Shown here: one piece after another, positions 32,995 through 45,689 of the stretch
Layout: every line of letters starts with the position of its first letter
How positions within the stretch are numbered: the first letter of the stretch is position 1
From: Cirrosporium novae-zelandiae
Lineage: Eukaryota
NCBI GenBank assembly: GCA_026023565.1
Contig: JAPETS010000015.1
Location: 310,001 to 374,000, forward strand
DNA length: 64,000 bases
Direction: 5' to 3'
Program-made: the position numbers and the translations under genes
The notes under the pieces: generated by a model
Database searches by the model: none
Told to the model about the DNA's origin: nothing
Seen by the model: only the letters and a program-made list of their open reading frames with translations

Positions 32995-35900
32995 AGAACG
33001 AAGAAGGGGAAAGCTGAATGATCAATTAGAGAGACTCTCTTTTGACCTCACCTCACATTCAATAACCAGGTACTGTAAAAGCGACACATACGTTGGCGCT
33101 AGAATATCTGTATACAAGGAACACTCGTACAAGGAACACCTGGGAAAAGTCGAGTGACGCAGTCCAGTCAAAACCACTAATAGCTAACAGATGGGGCCGA
33201 TACGCTGTAATGGCAAAAAAAATATGTACTGAGTAAGGTAGGTAGGTAATCATCATATCGTATGCATAGTGTACTCCACAATGGGAACCGAATACTTCAA
33301 TGGTACCCGCCCAAGGGCTTAGTCTGATCAGGATGATGATGTATCATGTGTGTATTTAGGGTATTATTTTTTTTGTATATAGGTATGTTATTTTGTATGG
33401 GAACGGTAACTAAAAAGGGTAACTGACACACTAGGTAGGGTAACAAAGGTACAAAATGTACATGTACAAAAGACCTTTTCCCTGTGTGCCTGTATCGTTT
33501 AATCCTCGTTCCCTGATCCAAGGGACCCTTGATCTTCGGTACTAGTGTTGACAGTACCGTGCAGAAAATAGCAGAAGTAACAGGAGTAACAACAGAAGTA
33601 GCAAAAAGTTGTCGTCAGTCAATCTCCTATCAGTTGAAAGCTGGAGGATAGACAAAGAGACAAAAGACCGGAAAAAAACAAAAACGGGAATCCCCTGCCT
33701 CTGCAGCACCGAAGTTGACCAAGTTGCGCGCCATGTGCACTGCAAGAATAGAAATTGCACTGTTCATTGGGTGGGCTATCCTTGGGAAGAGAGGAGGCTC
33801 CTTGAAAACTTCATTTTGTTATGCCTTAAATTGTGTCTCAGTCAAATTGTTTTCCTGGTGACATGAAAATTATCATCAATGGAATAATTACCATAATTGC
33901 AATGATCATCACCATCATCATCATCATCATCATCGGCATCATCCATTAACTGAGGAAAAGTCAAAAGTTCAGATGGTTTAGATTGGGGGGAGGGGGGTTT
34001 GATGGAGGGGGTGGGCGTGAGTGTAAGCGTGGGTGTGGGTAGTGGTCTAGGTGTGGGGATTCACTTCTTTGGGGGCAATTCAGGCCAAGGATGAGGTTCG
34101 CCCCGAACCGCGATTTGGAAATGGGCAAAGGGAGGGTCTCGAGAAAAAAAAAAAAAAAACAGTCACCCAGTCAAAGCCAGAAAGGGCAGGTACGAAAGTA
34201 AGCATTAGTTAAAGTCAGGCACAAAGAGTACTTACTTTACTATAGTCTTGTGTCCATAGGTACTGACTGTACTGTACATTATGGTAGTAAGGAGTAAGTA
34301 AAGTACAGTACAAAATACATGATACATAATAAGTACATTAATACATAATACCTAATACTTGGGTACCATCACTTAAATAATCTTCTCAATGATAATAGGG
34401 CTTTTCAATGTCCATGGCTTAACGCTGTCTTTTCTTTTTTTATGATTGTTATTATTTTCACGTTTCTCACATTTGTAAATTCTAAATTTCTTCTGCGCAC
34501 AGTCCTACAGTCCCTCCAGCTGCTGCTGGTACCTGCATAGCCGCAAGACAGTCGGGATAATAGAAGACGACTATTGGCTTTCTTACTTCAGATAAGCTAT
34601 GTCACTTTGAACAGTCGAGAGATGGTCACAGGGAACAGGGTGAAAGAACCACTAAAACCAGTGAGACGATTGAGACGATTGAGTGACTTGTGAATTAAAG
34701 TCTCGGACGGCGGAGCGGGGAGATCGTCTTTTGAAGAGTTTGTACGCCATAGAGTTAGGTCGACAGTTGCGGTTTAAACCAATTCAGTGTTAAGTTGCCC
34801 GCGGTCGTCCAAACCAAAAAAAACCCAAACTTAACCCAGCTAAGGCATCATCGGCACCTTGGGAAAAAAACTCTTGAGCAGCCCCCAAAGCCCCAAAAAG
34901 CCTTGATCGTTAACTACCATCTCCAGCTTTCCAGCTTTCCAGCTTCACATCATAATTAACTACATACACTACAGACATACAAGATATCCGTAGAGTTCTA
35001 GCCCCAACCGCCCCCAAGCCACTTTTTTCATCCGTCCCCCCTCCCCCCCCCACCTCCCCCAGTTCCCTCTCTCCACGTCGCCAACTGCCAGCTGCATCGC
35101 TCGCATGTCGCTCGCATATCACATACACCACCAGTAAAAGCCTTGATCATCCACATAAGTACCTTGTACATCCTCCACGATTGAAATCTACGTATCCCTG
35201 CAAGTCAATCTTAGGCCATCTGGCTGCAAATCAGTGCTTGCCCCCGTTGCGCGAGTATTCAAACCACTGGTCAAACAGCTCTGAAAATCTCGTTATTATC
35301 GACAGTTGCAGAAAGACTAAAAACATGATTCACATTCTTTCCGAACGTCTCGTTCTTCCATTCATTGTTCCAGCTTCATGTAACTGCAAGGACTTTGTCC
35401 TTAGACAGCAAGTACAAAGAGATTGTTTCCGATTGCCCCCACTCTTGATCAACAACGGCAATACCACATCTTCATTCACGCCTTACACCTGGTTAAAGGG
35501 ACGGTACACCACCAAGCAATGACTTGTAATTTCGACAACAGCCTCAGGGACTTGAGGAATTCGTCATTCTCCGCCACAACCGCACACATGACCCTCGCAG
35601 TTGCATCACCTGGAAAGGAGGCCCTCGAGCTCTAGAAGAAAAAGTTGTTGCTGTTGGCTGCCGGCATGTTGGTTTCACGGAATGCTGCATTCGAGGTGAT
35701 CCCGAATACGGTCGGCCCGGATAGCTGCATTGTTCTTGACCCAAGCCAAGGTAGGAAAGAAGTGAGGGAGGAGAGCAATAACATTTCAGAGTCAGTGAGC
35801 TCGGATAATGACTGGATCTGGTTGAATCAATCTGCCACCCGTGCCAAAAAAAGATGGACATGGTCAGGGACTCGGATAGGGCAGAAGGAGAGCCACCACA

Positions 35901-38581
35901 AAGCCAAGAGAAGTGTCTCCCATTCCCGTGGGATTGAGGGGAGACTTTTTTATTGCAGCAGCGACCAGTGAGCTGTGTAATCATCTCGCTTACCCCTGGA
36001 TGAATCTCCCGCCTCTGGCGTTCCTTGAGCCCTTGGACACCACTGGATGCTTTTTTGACCTTTCACAGCTAGCAACAATTGGCTGGCGAAACACAAAATC
36101 GAAGTTGATCGCGGCAAGAACCAAAGATCGATGAACGCAAGGCAGATGCCGTCATCATCTTGCGGCTGTGACTACTGTAATTTGAGTCAGGGTGATATTC
36201 CTATGCTTCGGGGATGTTCTACCAAGCGAGCTTTTGTTGAATGCAAGACATGATGATATTAAAAATGATAATAATAGTATTAATTAAGGACTAATTACAA
36301 GCAAGGGGCCCAGGACCTTTTACGAAATCTTTCCAATAGTAGTGCTTTTACCGAAGCATTGCTCACAAAACTACTAATAAGTAGCTACAGTAGGACCGGG
36401 TGGCATATTGATACAGCCGGTCCATAATGGGTTTAGTGATGGAAGATGGAGCGCTGCGTAGAATCGCCGCAGAATAAGAGGGGGGAACTTTGAAAGGACC
36501 CACCAGTTACATAGATAGTGGGCGTGCCGTAATTCTTTTCACCTAAAGAACTTCCAAGTTACATGGATACTTAACTAAAGATGGCAACTCACAGCAGCAA
36601 CGAGAGGGGGAGGGGGGTTCCTTCTTTCTTTTTCACCAGGGTTAATTAACTAACAAATGCTTCGAATCATGAAGGAGTCCAAAGTTGAAGGGTTTCGAGT
36701 GGAAAAGATAGGCTAAATCCACGTGGCTGGAACCCAACAATGGGGTAGCGAACGGCCTTTACGGGTTTTTCGACTTTTTTTGCTCAATCCATCAAATATC
36801 ACTACCTCTCTATACATAATACGATGCTGCTATCATTGATCTAACTAACTTCTCTACTGTCTGTTATATAGACATTTTAGCATCAATTTACTATCCACCA
36901 AAATTGTTCAAGGCTGATATTAATGTCCTTTTTTTTGCTTCCTGGCAAGCCTCGATATGCAGAAAAAAAAACATCATGTAGCTCTGTACCTCTTTGTACA
37001 CGTTCTGAGACCCTGCACAATCACAAATTAGGATTGTAGCATTGTCCAAATTCCGTCAAGTTGTTGTAACCTGTTGAATCCAATGACTAACCAACAAGGT
37101 CATTTTTAACCAAGCCACTGAGGCCAGCCGCTCGGAGTTGTCAGAGGCGCTCCCAAGCCCAGCTGACTGGATTCAAGAAGGCTGACTTCCGTCATTCCGT
37201 GGGAATGGTGGAAATGGTGGAGAAGGGTGGAAATAATTGGCGACGTTGGAGGGGGGAATTTAGATGGAGACTTGTTTGGTAATGGCACTTTTCTTTCCAA
37301 CGTACAAAAAAAGGTGAACAAAGTGTACTTTAGTTGACACTCAAGTAGTACTTTAGATTTCACCCGTCACATGTTTTTTTCATCTTGGCTCCAGTGGCCT
37401 CCAGTGGCCTTCAATGGCCCCCTCTCTTCCGGAGATTCCGGAGTTGCCGAAGCATTTTGTGGAAAAGCCCTAATTTGTTTCTGCATTAATTAATCCCAAC
37501 CCACTAAGCCCTTATCGATCATGCTGCATTTTCTTATCTACTTTATATCCTGTTTTGACCACCACCACTACCACCACCATCCTGTTGGACAGCCTTTGGA
37601 CGCTTTTTTACGCCTTGGCTTGGGAAAATCTTTGTGTCAGATTTCCTGCACTCTCAAACAGGAATTTTTTGTTTACTGTGCCTGTAGTTGTCATTGGTCC
37701 ATATTTCATCACTCACTCGCTAACATTCGCTTCCTGCAGCCCCTCGCCCATAAGATAGTTGATCAGTAATTGCGGAATATTCACCCCTACCTATCAGTGT
37801 TTTTCGTCGGCGTTCAAACTTCTCAGCATCATCAATCACCATCGTATTTCTATTCGGAGTATATGCGGGCTAATTTTTTTCGCCGCATGACAGCCCTGAA
37901 AGTAGTGTAAAAAAATAATCGTCGTTCGTTCTTTTGATTATGGTGGGTTTGGAACTAAAGGCTAGAGGCCCTTCGGGGTTTTGGATATGTCGCTCCAACA
38001 AGTATTTTCTCGAATGATGCGACTGCCGGTTGTTTGGTATACCCGATAGCTCTCAATTTCATTAATCACACGTGAGAAATTCCAACACTATGTTTTGACA
38101 GCCGCCTTTCGAATATTTCTTCTGCATGGAATCCTTTTTTTCGCACCAAGGATCCAAGTATCTATCAACTACAAAGCTTATAATATAATACAAGACCCAT
38201 TATCTGCAACTAGAAATCCCTGGTCTTACTATGCCGAAGAGAAAAGGACGTAGGAACACCCATAGAATCTGACAATTAACCAAAAGCATCTAGAAGGATC
38301 CTAACCTGGGCCCCCGAGTCAGCAAGTCAATAATAAATCAGAAATTAATTACTCATGGTTGCGCTATCCAGTGTTAGTGTTCTGAGACTTGGAACTACTG
38401 GAGTATTCTTGTGCAGATACAAATATTCCGTTTGTTGTATTGCATAAAGTGTATTGCCCTGCATGTCACCTGGTCTGTTTTGTTATCGGTTCCTGATCTA
38501 TATGCTATTTTATCTATGTGAGGGATCTTTCAAAGTTGCGCCTTCGAAACGCAATCCCCTACAAGTAGAGTCCCTGCTTTC

Positions 38582-39446
38582 TTAATTTGGTATCTGTAAG
38601 GCGTCAAGTATCTCAATCTCCACCAACTTTGTATCTTTATCAATGCCTTTGACCTGTATGCTTCTGAGATCACGCACAATCCAGTCTGCGCCAGCTGCAA
38701 TCAACTGATCAATGGGATAGGTTGTATGGACAGCAACGACTTTACATCCGGCCGCCTTTCCTGCCACAACTCCGGGAGGTGCGTCTTCAATAACCAGGAC
38801 CTGTTTGTCCTCACCTTCTAGACCAAGCTTCTTTTGACCAAGAGCATAACATTCGGGATCTGGCTTGCCGTTTTGAACATCTTCTGCAGTCACGAGGGCT
38901 GGAGGTTGTGACAGCTTCATTATTTCAAGCCAACCAGTCACAAGGGGAACAGTCGCTGAGGTGACTATAGTCCAGGGGACATGGAGAGCGCTCAGGTCAT
39001 CAAGAAGCTTGCGAGATCCTGGAAGCTCGACGGCACTCTGACCGTAAAGCTTGGGGATCATGCCTTCAACATGACAGACATCTAAGCAGCTATTAGGCCA
39101 AGCACATGAGAAATAGTAATTGAGATACAGAGCATACACTCCCACGTAGCCTTCTCTGGAACTAGCAATTTCAAAGTGTCTACGCTTCTTCGACCGTGAG
39201 ATGTCTTTAGCACTTCTTCAGGATCAAGACCCAATTCTTCTCCAATCCTAAATTGATATAAAGTTAGTTATCATTATTATAGCGGTGTCTAGGATGGGAG
39301 GAGACCAACCTATGCCAATGCTTAACAATGGCGGCTGTCGAGTCTATAAGAGTCCCATCATTATCAAAGAGAAATCCATGGAATCTGGCAGGCTGCGGTG
39401 GGCTAGTAAAAGAATAAGAACCATCTTCTGGTGGTAGAGATCCCAT
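38582..39446 (-). CDS. GPP1: HAD-family phosphatase, glycerol-1/3-phosphate phosphatase (Gpp/Dog-like), two introns
   Basis: Motif I FDNDGTLIDS, SHGRR, VTSAT, GKPDP and EDAPPG. Introns at about 39248-39308 and 39081-39137. Confidence 0.85.
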
Positions 39447-39853
39447 TTTGTTATTGGACGTATCTATGAGGGGGGGTAGATGAATTGATAGGTACTATGA
39501 AAACCTAGACGGTCGATTAACACGGGTAATTAATGGGAAAAATGCCAAAGGCTATATCGACATTATGCTTTTTCCCAGAAAGATTTTAAATTAGTCTATC
39601 AGTTTTAAAAAAATTCCCATCTATCTAGTAGTACGTAACTTGTTAACTATGGTGAGATGGTGAGATGATAGTCAGACTTGAAGGTGCATTTGCTTATTAA
39701 TTATCTGGGATCACCAAGCTTTCTCACCGCATTGGGACTTTCGAGAAATTTACGAAAATTATCGATAGCTCGAGCTAATTATTATCACATCTATCACCGC
39801 TCTGAAACTGGTCCCAACAAGACAATATTGAGTTAAATTCTTTGTTATTCATC

Positions 39854-41554
39854 ATGGTCAAGGTCGGAAGTCAGTAAAATCATCTGGTACTTTTTTTTTT
39901 TTCAAGAATACTTGAAGCTGAATATTTTATTTTCATAGAACCTAAATCGAAGCGTACGCCTGTGCGATTACGCCATAAAATTGAAAAAGCCAGCGCAGCA
40001 AAGCAACGGAAAGAAAAAAAGCTCGCAAAGAAGGTGGGTACACCATTTCGAATGTCACATTGCTTGGTTATTTTCCAAGTTTGCTGACCAAGCCTGCAGA
40101 ACCCACAATGGAGAACGAAACTCAAGAAAGACCCGGGTATTCCAAATCTGTTCCCTTACAAGGATCGCATTCTGAGAGAGATCGAAGAGAAGAAACAGCT
40201 GAAAGAAGAGGATGCACTTAGGAAGAAAGAAGAGACAAGAGCGAGAAAACAGGGTGCCACAAAGGTAGCCGAAAATGAAGATGAGGTAGATGAGGAGCAG
40301 ATCCCAGATGTCAGCGACGATGGATTTTCAGATGTGGATGATGGGGCTATGGATGTCGAAAACGACGACTCCAATCCAATGGCCGCCCTCCTCGCCTCCG
40401 CTCGCGCCCGAGCTGCCGAGTATGAAGCTAAAGACGTCGACAATGAAGGCAACGAAGAAATGGAAGATGTTGTTACCGAAGTGGCCCTCAAAGCTCCCAC
40501 AGATCCCTCCCTGCGCGCCTACTCCAAGCCCCTCGCACATGTCATCGAAAACTCCACCATACTTCTACACGTTCTCGATGCTCGCGACCCTCAATCGACA
40601 TTCTCAAACACCCTCAACCACACGATCGCGGCCTCTTCCTCCCCCAAGGCCCAGCTCCTTGTCCTCAACAAAGCTGATCTCGTGCCTCCAGAAGTTCTTA
40701 CCCGATGGCTCAAGCACTTCCAGCGCACCCACCCGGTTGTTCCTCTAATTGCGTCCAAACCCTCCCCCGGCGCTAAAACCTTCGCGCATAGAAACCTAAC
40801 CTCAAAATCCACAATAGAAACCCTTTTCAAGGCTCTCAAGTCCTACGCCAGCAACAAGAACCACGTCACTCCTGGCGCCTCCTGTACAGTTGGCGTGGTA
40901 GGGTACCCCAACGTAGGTAAATCCTCTGTCATCAACGCACTGGCTAGCAAGGTCGGCAAAGCCTCCCCGAATGCCCCTGTCTGTCCAATTGGCGCAGAGG
41001 CCGGAATCACGACCGCTGTCCGCGAAATCAAGCTCGACAGCAAACTCAAGATCCTCGATTGTCCTGGAACGGTATTCCCTTCACAAAACACGAATGTCAA
41101 AGTAGACAGAGAAAGGGAATCGGCACGACTCACGTTACTCTCTGCACTTCCCCCTTCAAGCCAGCTATCAAACCCTCAAGCCGCTGTGTCCCTCCTTCTC
41201 TCCCGCCTAGAGTCTTCCACTTCGCCTTCTCGCCTCCAGAACCTCCTCCAACACTACGGAATCCCGGTCATCACACCTTCCGATCCCACATCCGACTTCC
41301 TCGTACAAGTTGCGCGAAAGCGAGGCCGACTGGGGAAAGGAGGGATACCTGACCTCACAGCCGCTGCCGCGGTTGTTGTCGGCGATTGGAGAGATGGGAG
41401 AGTAGAAGGATGGGTGGACCCTCCGGCTCGGATTGAAGAGGCTGAAAAGGTCCAGAAACAGATTGTTGGTGGATGGGCTGCAGAGTTTAAACTTGAGGGG
41501 TTGTGGGGAGATGGGGGGGAAGATGAGCAGGGAGGTGAAGGGATGAAGGAGTGA
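39854..41554 (+). CDS. NUG1: Nuclear circularly permuted GTPase for 60S biogenesis (GNL3/Grn1/Nug1), introns 39870..39938 and 40034..40099
   Basis: N-terminal KSKRTPVRLRHKIEK...KDPGIPNLFPYK. Motif order DARDP, NKAD (G4), GYPNVGKS (G1), DCPG (G3), then RGRLGKGGIPD. Confidence 0.92.
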
Positions 41555-42391
41555 ATGTCAGGATTTGAAAAAGATATGGGGGGTTCATTCTACTGAGAAT
41601 GTCATATCATGATCAAGGCGTTTTTTTCTCTCTTTTAACTAAAATATGGAGTTGGAGGGATATAAGTTTATAAATCCATTGAAAGGGCTAGTTATCTGCT
41701 GTACAGATTCACACGCCTAGGACTTGAACAAAAGAACGGGGGCAAAAAATAACAAGCATTTAGAATACCCATCATGTTGAACCGAGCATCTTCATTTGTA
41801 TTCGTAAGCCTCAGTCTCTTATCTGAAGTGTATGTAGTAGCGTAGCTAGCCCCCATCCACCCCCCAATGCTAAACCTGACGTCCCTTCAATTTCCATTTC
41901 CTACACATTATCCATCCCTCCGAACTTTCATTTTCCATAGTCATTATTTCCTTTTCCAGTGTGCATTTTTTTTTCTTTCTTTGGCTCATATTGTGACTCT
42001 AGTTTTTTTTCGCCAGCAAGTCAAGCCACAACTCACGAATGTCACTCACGCTAAAATGCTGGATTATTGTCCACTAACAAGGAAAAGCTGAAAGAAAAAA
42101 AGAAAAGAAAAAAAACTCCCCAAGTAATGAGAAATGAAGGGCTAAAACAACCAAAGTCAGCATTTAATGTGATGATCCATGAAGGATGAATATGCATGCA
42201 CATGCTCTAGTTTTCAAAGCCCCAGCCGTTCTTCCGCTGTGTTGCTGAAAAAAGGAGTTAACACAAAAAGTGAATGGTAGAAAAGACATGGGCGAAGAAG
42301 CCCGAATCCCGATTCCATATGAAAGAGAGTAAATCAGGTGCCACCATCATATCTCATGTGCGGTAGCGGAACAGTTACTCGCCATCACCTA

Positions 42392-44034
42392 CTACGCGGC
42401 AATAGGAGCGTCAGTCTTCCCTCTGTTGCCACGATATCCACCTCTGCCGCGACCACCACCCCTTCCACGACTACGAAAATCTCCTCTATGCCCACCCCGT
42501 CCTCTTCTATTCTCTGCTTGGAATCCACCAGCGCCACGAGGCTTTCCACGGTGGTGGACTTCGTGAAAGCCATCATTACCATTCACTCCATCTCCGTTCG
42601 TCGTAGCCTCGTGCACCTCCTCGGCCCAGCTCTGAGAAGCACCAGCACCAGAAGAGGCAGCAGGTGTGGCATTCCAGCCATTTTCAGTTTCAGCAGGATC
42701 GCGAGGCACTTCCACATGTTCCCAGGAGCTAGTCATAGCCGCATCAGTAGGAGTTTCAGTTGCGCTCCAAGTCGTTTCTACGGCTTCGTTGCCAGTACCA
42801 GGCGCGACAGTGGATTGTTCAGGTACAGTTGTCGCGGGACTTTCAGTTTGGGGAATGTCAGAGGTATTGTTCATAGAATTATCGGCGGAGCTATTGATTT
42901 CGGTGAGGGTAGCATTTGCAATCGTAGGGTCAGTAATCGCTGCCTCAGGAGCAGATACTGCTGCGGGTATTTCTTCAGCAACACGAACAGGCTCCGTTTC
43001 AGCTTGAGCAACATCCTCAGCCCAGGCTTCCTCTGAAGCGTAGGGAGGCACATACGCGAGAGAAGTTTGTTTGACTTGGGCATCTGGTTGAAGGTCAAAA
43101 ATCAAGCCTTAGGCTAGACAGGTGTCGACTTACAAGTCACTTCAAGGATCTCTTCTGCTTCGGTAGCAGGTACCTTTTCTTCTGCGCCATTAATCACTGC
43201 TTGCATTGCTTCCACAGCGCTAGCATTGCCACCATAGACCAAAAGTAAGGCACCCTCGAATGCCTTGTCCTCTTCAGTAGGAACAGCGCCCTCCTCAGAA
43301 GCAAGTTGATGCCTCCTCGCAGCGGCAGCACGAAGAAACTTGCTTAGTGTCAGAAGGTCATCTTTGAGGATCCTTTCTGCTTCAGTCTTCACTTCTGCAA
43401 GAGTAGCCTCACGGGCTTTCTCAAGCTCAGTCTTGTGTGATACTTCTAAGGCTTCCTTTTGTTCTTTCAATATGTTTTGATAGTCTTGATCGACTTTCTG
43501 GCACTGGGCTAGCTGCTCCTCCAATTGGGTGAGCTGTGCTTGGAGGGCGGGCTTCTTGAGGGCTTGGGTTTTCTGGTCAGTGTTGATTTTGCGCGAGGCA
43601 ACTAGATCGTCAAGCGATTTCCCAGGGTTTTCAGCAATGATGCTGTCAACTTTTTGAGTGGCATTCTAAAATGATATGTATTAGTCCTTCATTCATTCAT
43701 GTTCAGTCCAAAGAAGCCTGAATATGGCCTCAAGAAGCACCTACAAGTTTCTTGTTCACATTACGAATGCCTCTGTCAAATCAGGTTAGTTTTACAAAGA
43801 CGTAGAAGTTGAAGTAAGGGACATAAGATTAAGAGAAGGTACGAACTTGTGAAGCTCTTTAAGGTATGGGTTCTCATAACCATCACTGTGGCCATTTGTC
43901 GCAGCTTCAGCAGCATGATTTGTAGAAGCAATGCTTAATGCCTTTGAAGGAGTAGTCGTAGATTTGGCCTTCTTCTTTTTGGCGCTCTTGGAGTCGGAAC
44001 GTGTGGGTGGGTTGGCAATGGTGGAGGCAGACAT
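42392..44034 (-). CDS. Caprin/YAG7-like coiled-coil protein with C-terminal RGG box (three introns)
   Basis: Spliced ELHK-IRNVNKKL...KINTDQKTQALKKP...LSKFLRAAAARR...FEGALLLVYGG. The C-terminus is RGRGGHRG...RGRGGGRGRGG. Confidence 0.75.
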
Positions 44035-44586
44035 GTTGAGGGCTTGAACAAGTATCGTTTCACAGGCACTTGGTTAACAAAAGGTGTACCAGGAGCTATG
44101 GAGGATAAATTTTGGATGCAAGGAAGGGTGTGGGGTCTAAGAGAATAAAATAAATGGTAAAAAAGTAAGGTTGCGAAGAGTGCAATAGTAGGTTGAAATT
44201 GTGTGGTAACTAACTAGTGTAATGTAGTTGTTTGTGTGGGCGGTTTCTTGTGAGAAGATTAGTTAAATGACGCTGTCCTTAACAATCGGCCAAAACAGTC
44301 TCAGACGTCAGCCCTATGCCCAGGAACCTGATGAACCCAAGGCCTGAGAGCCTGAAAACTTGAGCCATTCCCACAGAGGATAGTGTCTCTTAACTACTGT
44401 CACTTTACAAAAGATCCAACTATCACATCTACCGAATGGCAAGCAAACAACAGAATATCCTTAATATTTGATTTTTATCTCAATTACACCACTGGTTCTG
44501 GGTATCATATCACCCACCAGCCATCTCTAAACAAAACATCTCGAACACCATGAGTTTGAAATGAGACAACATGTATATATCCAACC

Positions 44587-45084
44587 TCATCCCTTAAACT
44601 TTTGTAGGCAATTCTGGCAAACCATTAGCATTTACTTGCTCAAACGAGAGCTTAGATAATCTTAATAGTCTTCGCATACCTCGGTGACCTTTCTCACGCT
44701 CCTGGCAGAAAGTCCTCGTTCTCCGCTAGCCTTGGAACGTATCGCGGCTTCTTTAATTAGACTTGGTGAAGATATCAGCAAATTTGGCAGAGGACATCGA
44801 TAGATCAGATAGGACACGCTAATATTAGATGAAAAGGATACGTACTGTTGGAGGAAGAGCGTATAGTTAAGAAAGATCTGTAACATAGATTTTGTTAGCA
44901 TGCATATTCATATATTTCCAATGTTGTGCTTGAAAGAAGTTCTGCATCCAAGTAGTTCTAAATTGATGACTCGGATGAACAAACATACCAGAATATCAAC
45001 ATTCTTACTGAGGTTTCGTCGAGAGTGCGCCTTAATAATACGCTTGATGGTGGAACGAGGGTATAGTTTTTGGCCTACTGCCAT
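44587..45084 (-). CDS. WIP1: Kinetochore histone-fold protein CENP-W/Wip1, 78 aa, four exons
   Basis: Exons 45084-44989, 44877-44846, 44761-44680 and 44613-44587 give MAVGQKLYPRSTIKRIIKAHSRRNLSKNVDILIFLNYTLFLQHLIKEAAIRSKASGERGLSARSVRKVTENCLQKFKG. All introns are GT-AG with branch sites. Confidence 0.88.
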
Positions 45085-45689
45085 TGTCCTACGTAGAGTA
45101 AAAAGAATTTGGATGGTTGTCTAATGAGACGTAGTGATTTCATACGCTGGCGATGATTAAATAATGAACTAGCAATAACCAAAGGTCACAGTTCTGCTGA
45201 TGTTTAATATAAAGAGCTATCAGCTATCTACCACTTGACCCCTGTAAGCTTACTCCCTACGTCTTTCCAAATTGGGATTAGCACGCCCTAATCATGTTCG
45301 GTCGCTTTTTTTACTTTACTTTCACTCTTCCACATTCTGTATACCTTGCCTAAGTAGATATATAACTGAACTTTGATGCAATGCCAGTTTTTATCTTAGA
45401 GCTTATTTTTCCTGAAAACCAGATACCCTGAAGCTCAATAATTATGCCATCTATTTCAAGAGAACGCAATCCCTATGCACAAGTAAAGAAGTACCACGAA
45501 CTACAGCTTTCAATCTGGAATGAACAATGACTTCATTGGTAACCTTAAAAATGGTTTTGAAACCGATTTCTTTTTCTCGTATGTATCGTCAAATTTTTGT
45601 GCTTTCATGAATATTTTGCGAAGTGCTTTGAAATTTTCATGAGTGAACCCGCTTTTGTTACAATCAACACATATAGTATTGTTTTTTTA

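Noticed and set aside
37966..37982. C(UUCG)G tetraloop hairpin as an ncRNA sign
   Set aside because: The stem is only about 5 bp with G-U pairs and has no surrounding recognisable RNA family features.
42338..43036. 232-aa + strand ORF
   Set aside because: Antisense shadow of the caprin-like gene's last exon.
44328..44356. TGATGA...CTGA as a box C/D snoRNA
   Set aside because: The spacing is far too short, with no terminal stem or evident guide. It lies in a promoter region.
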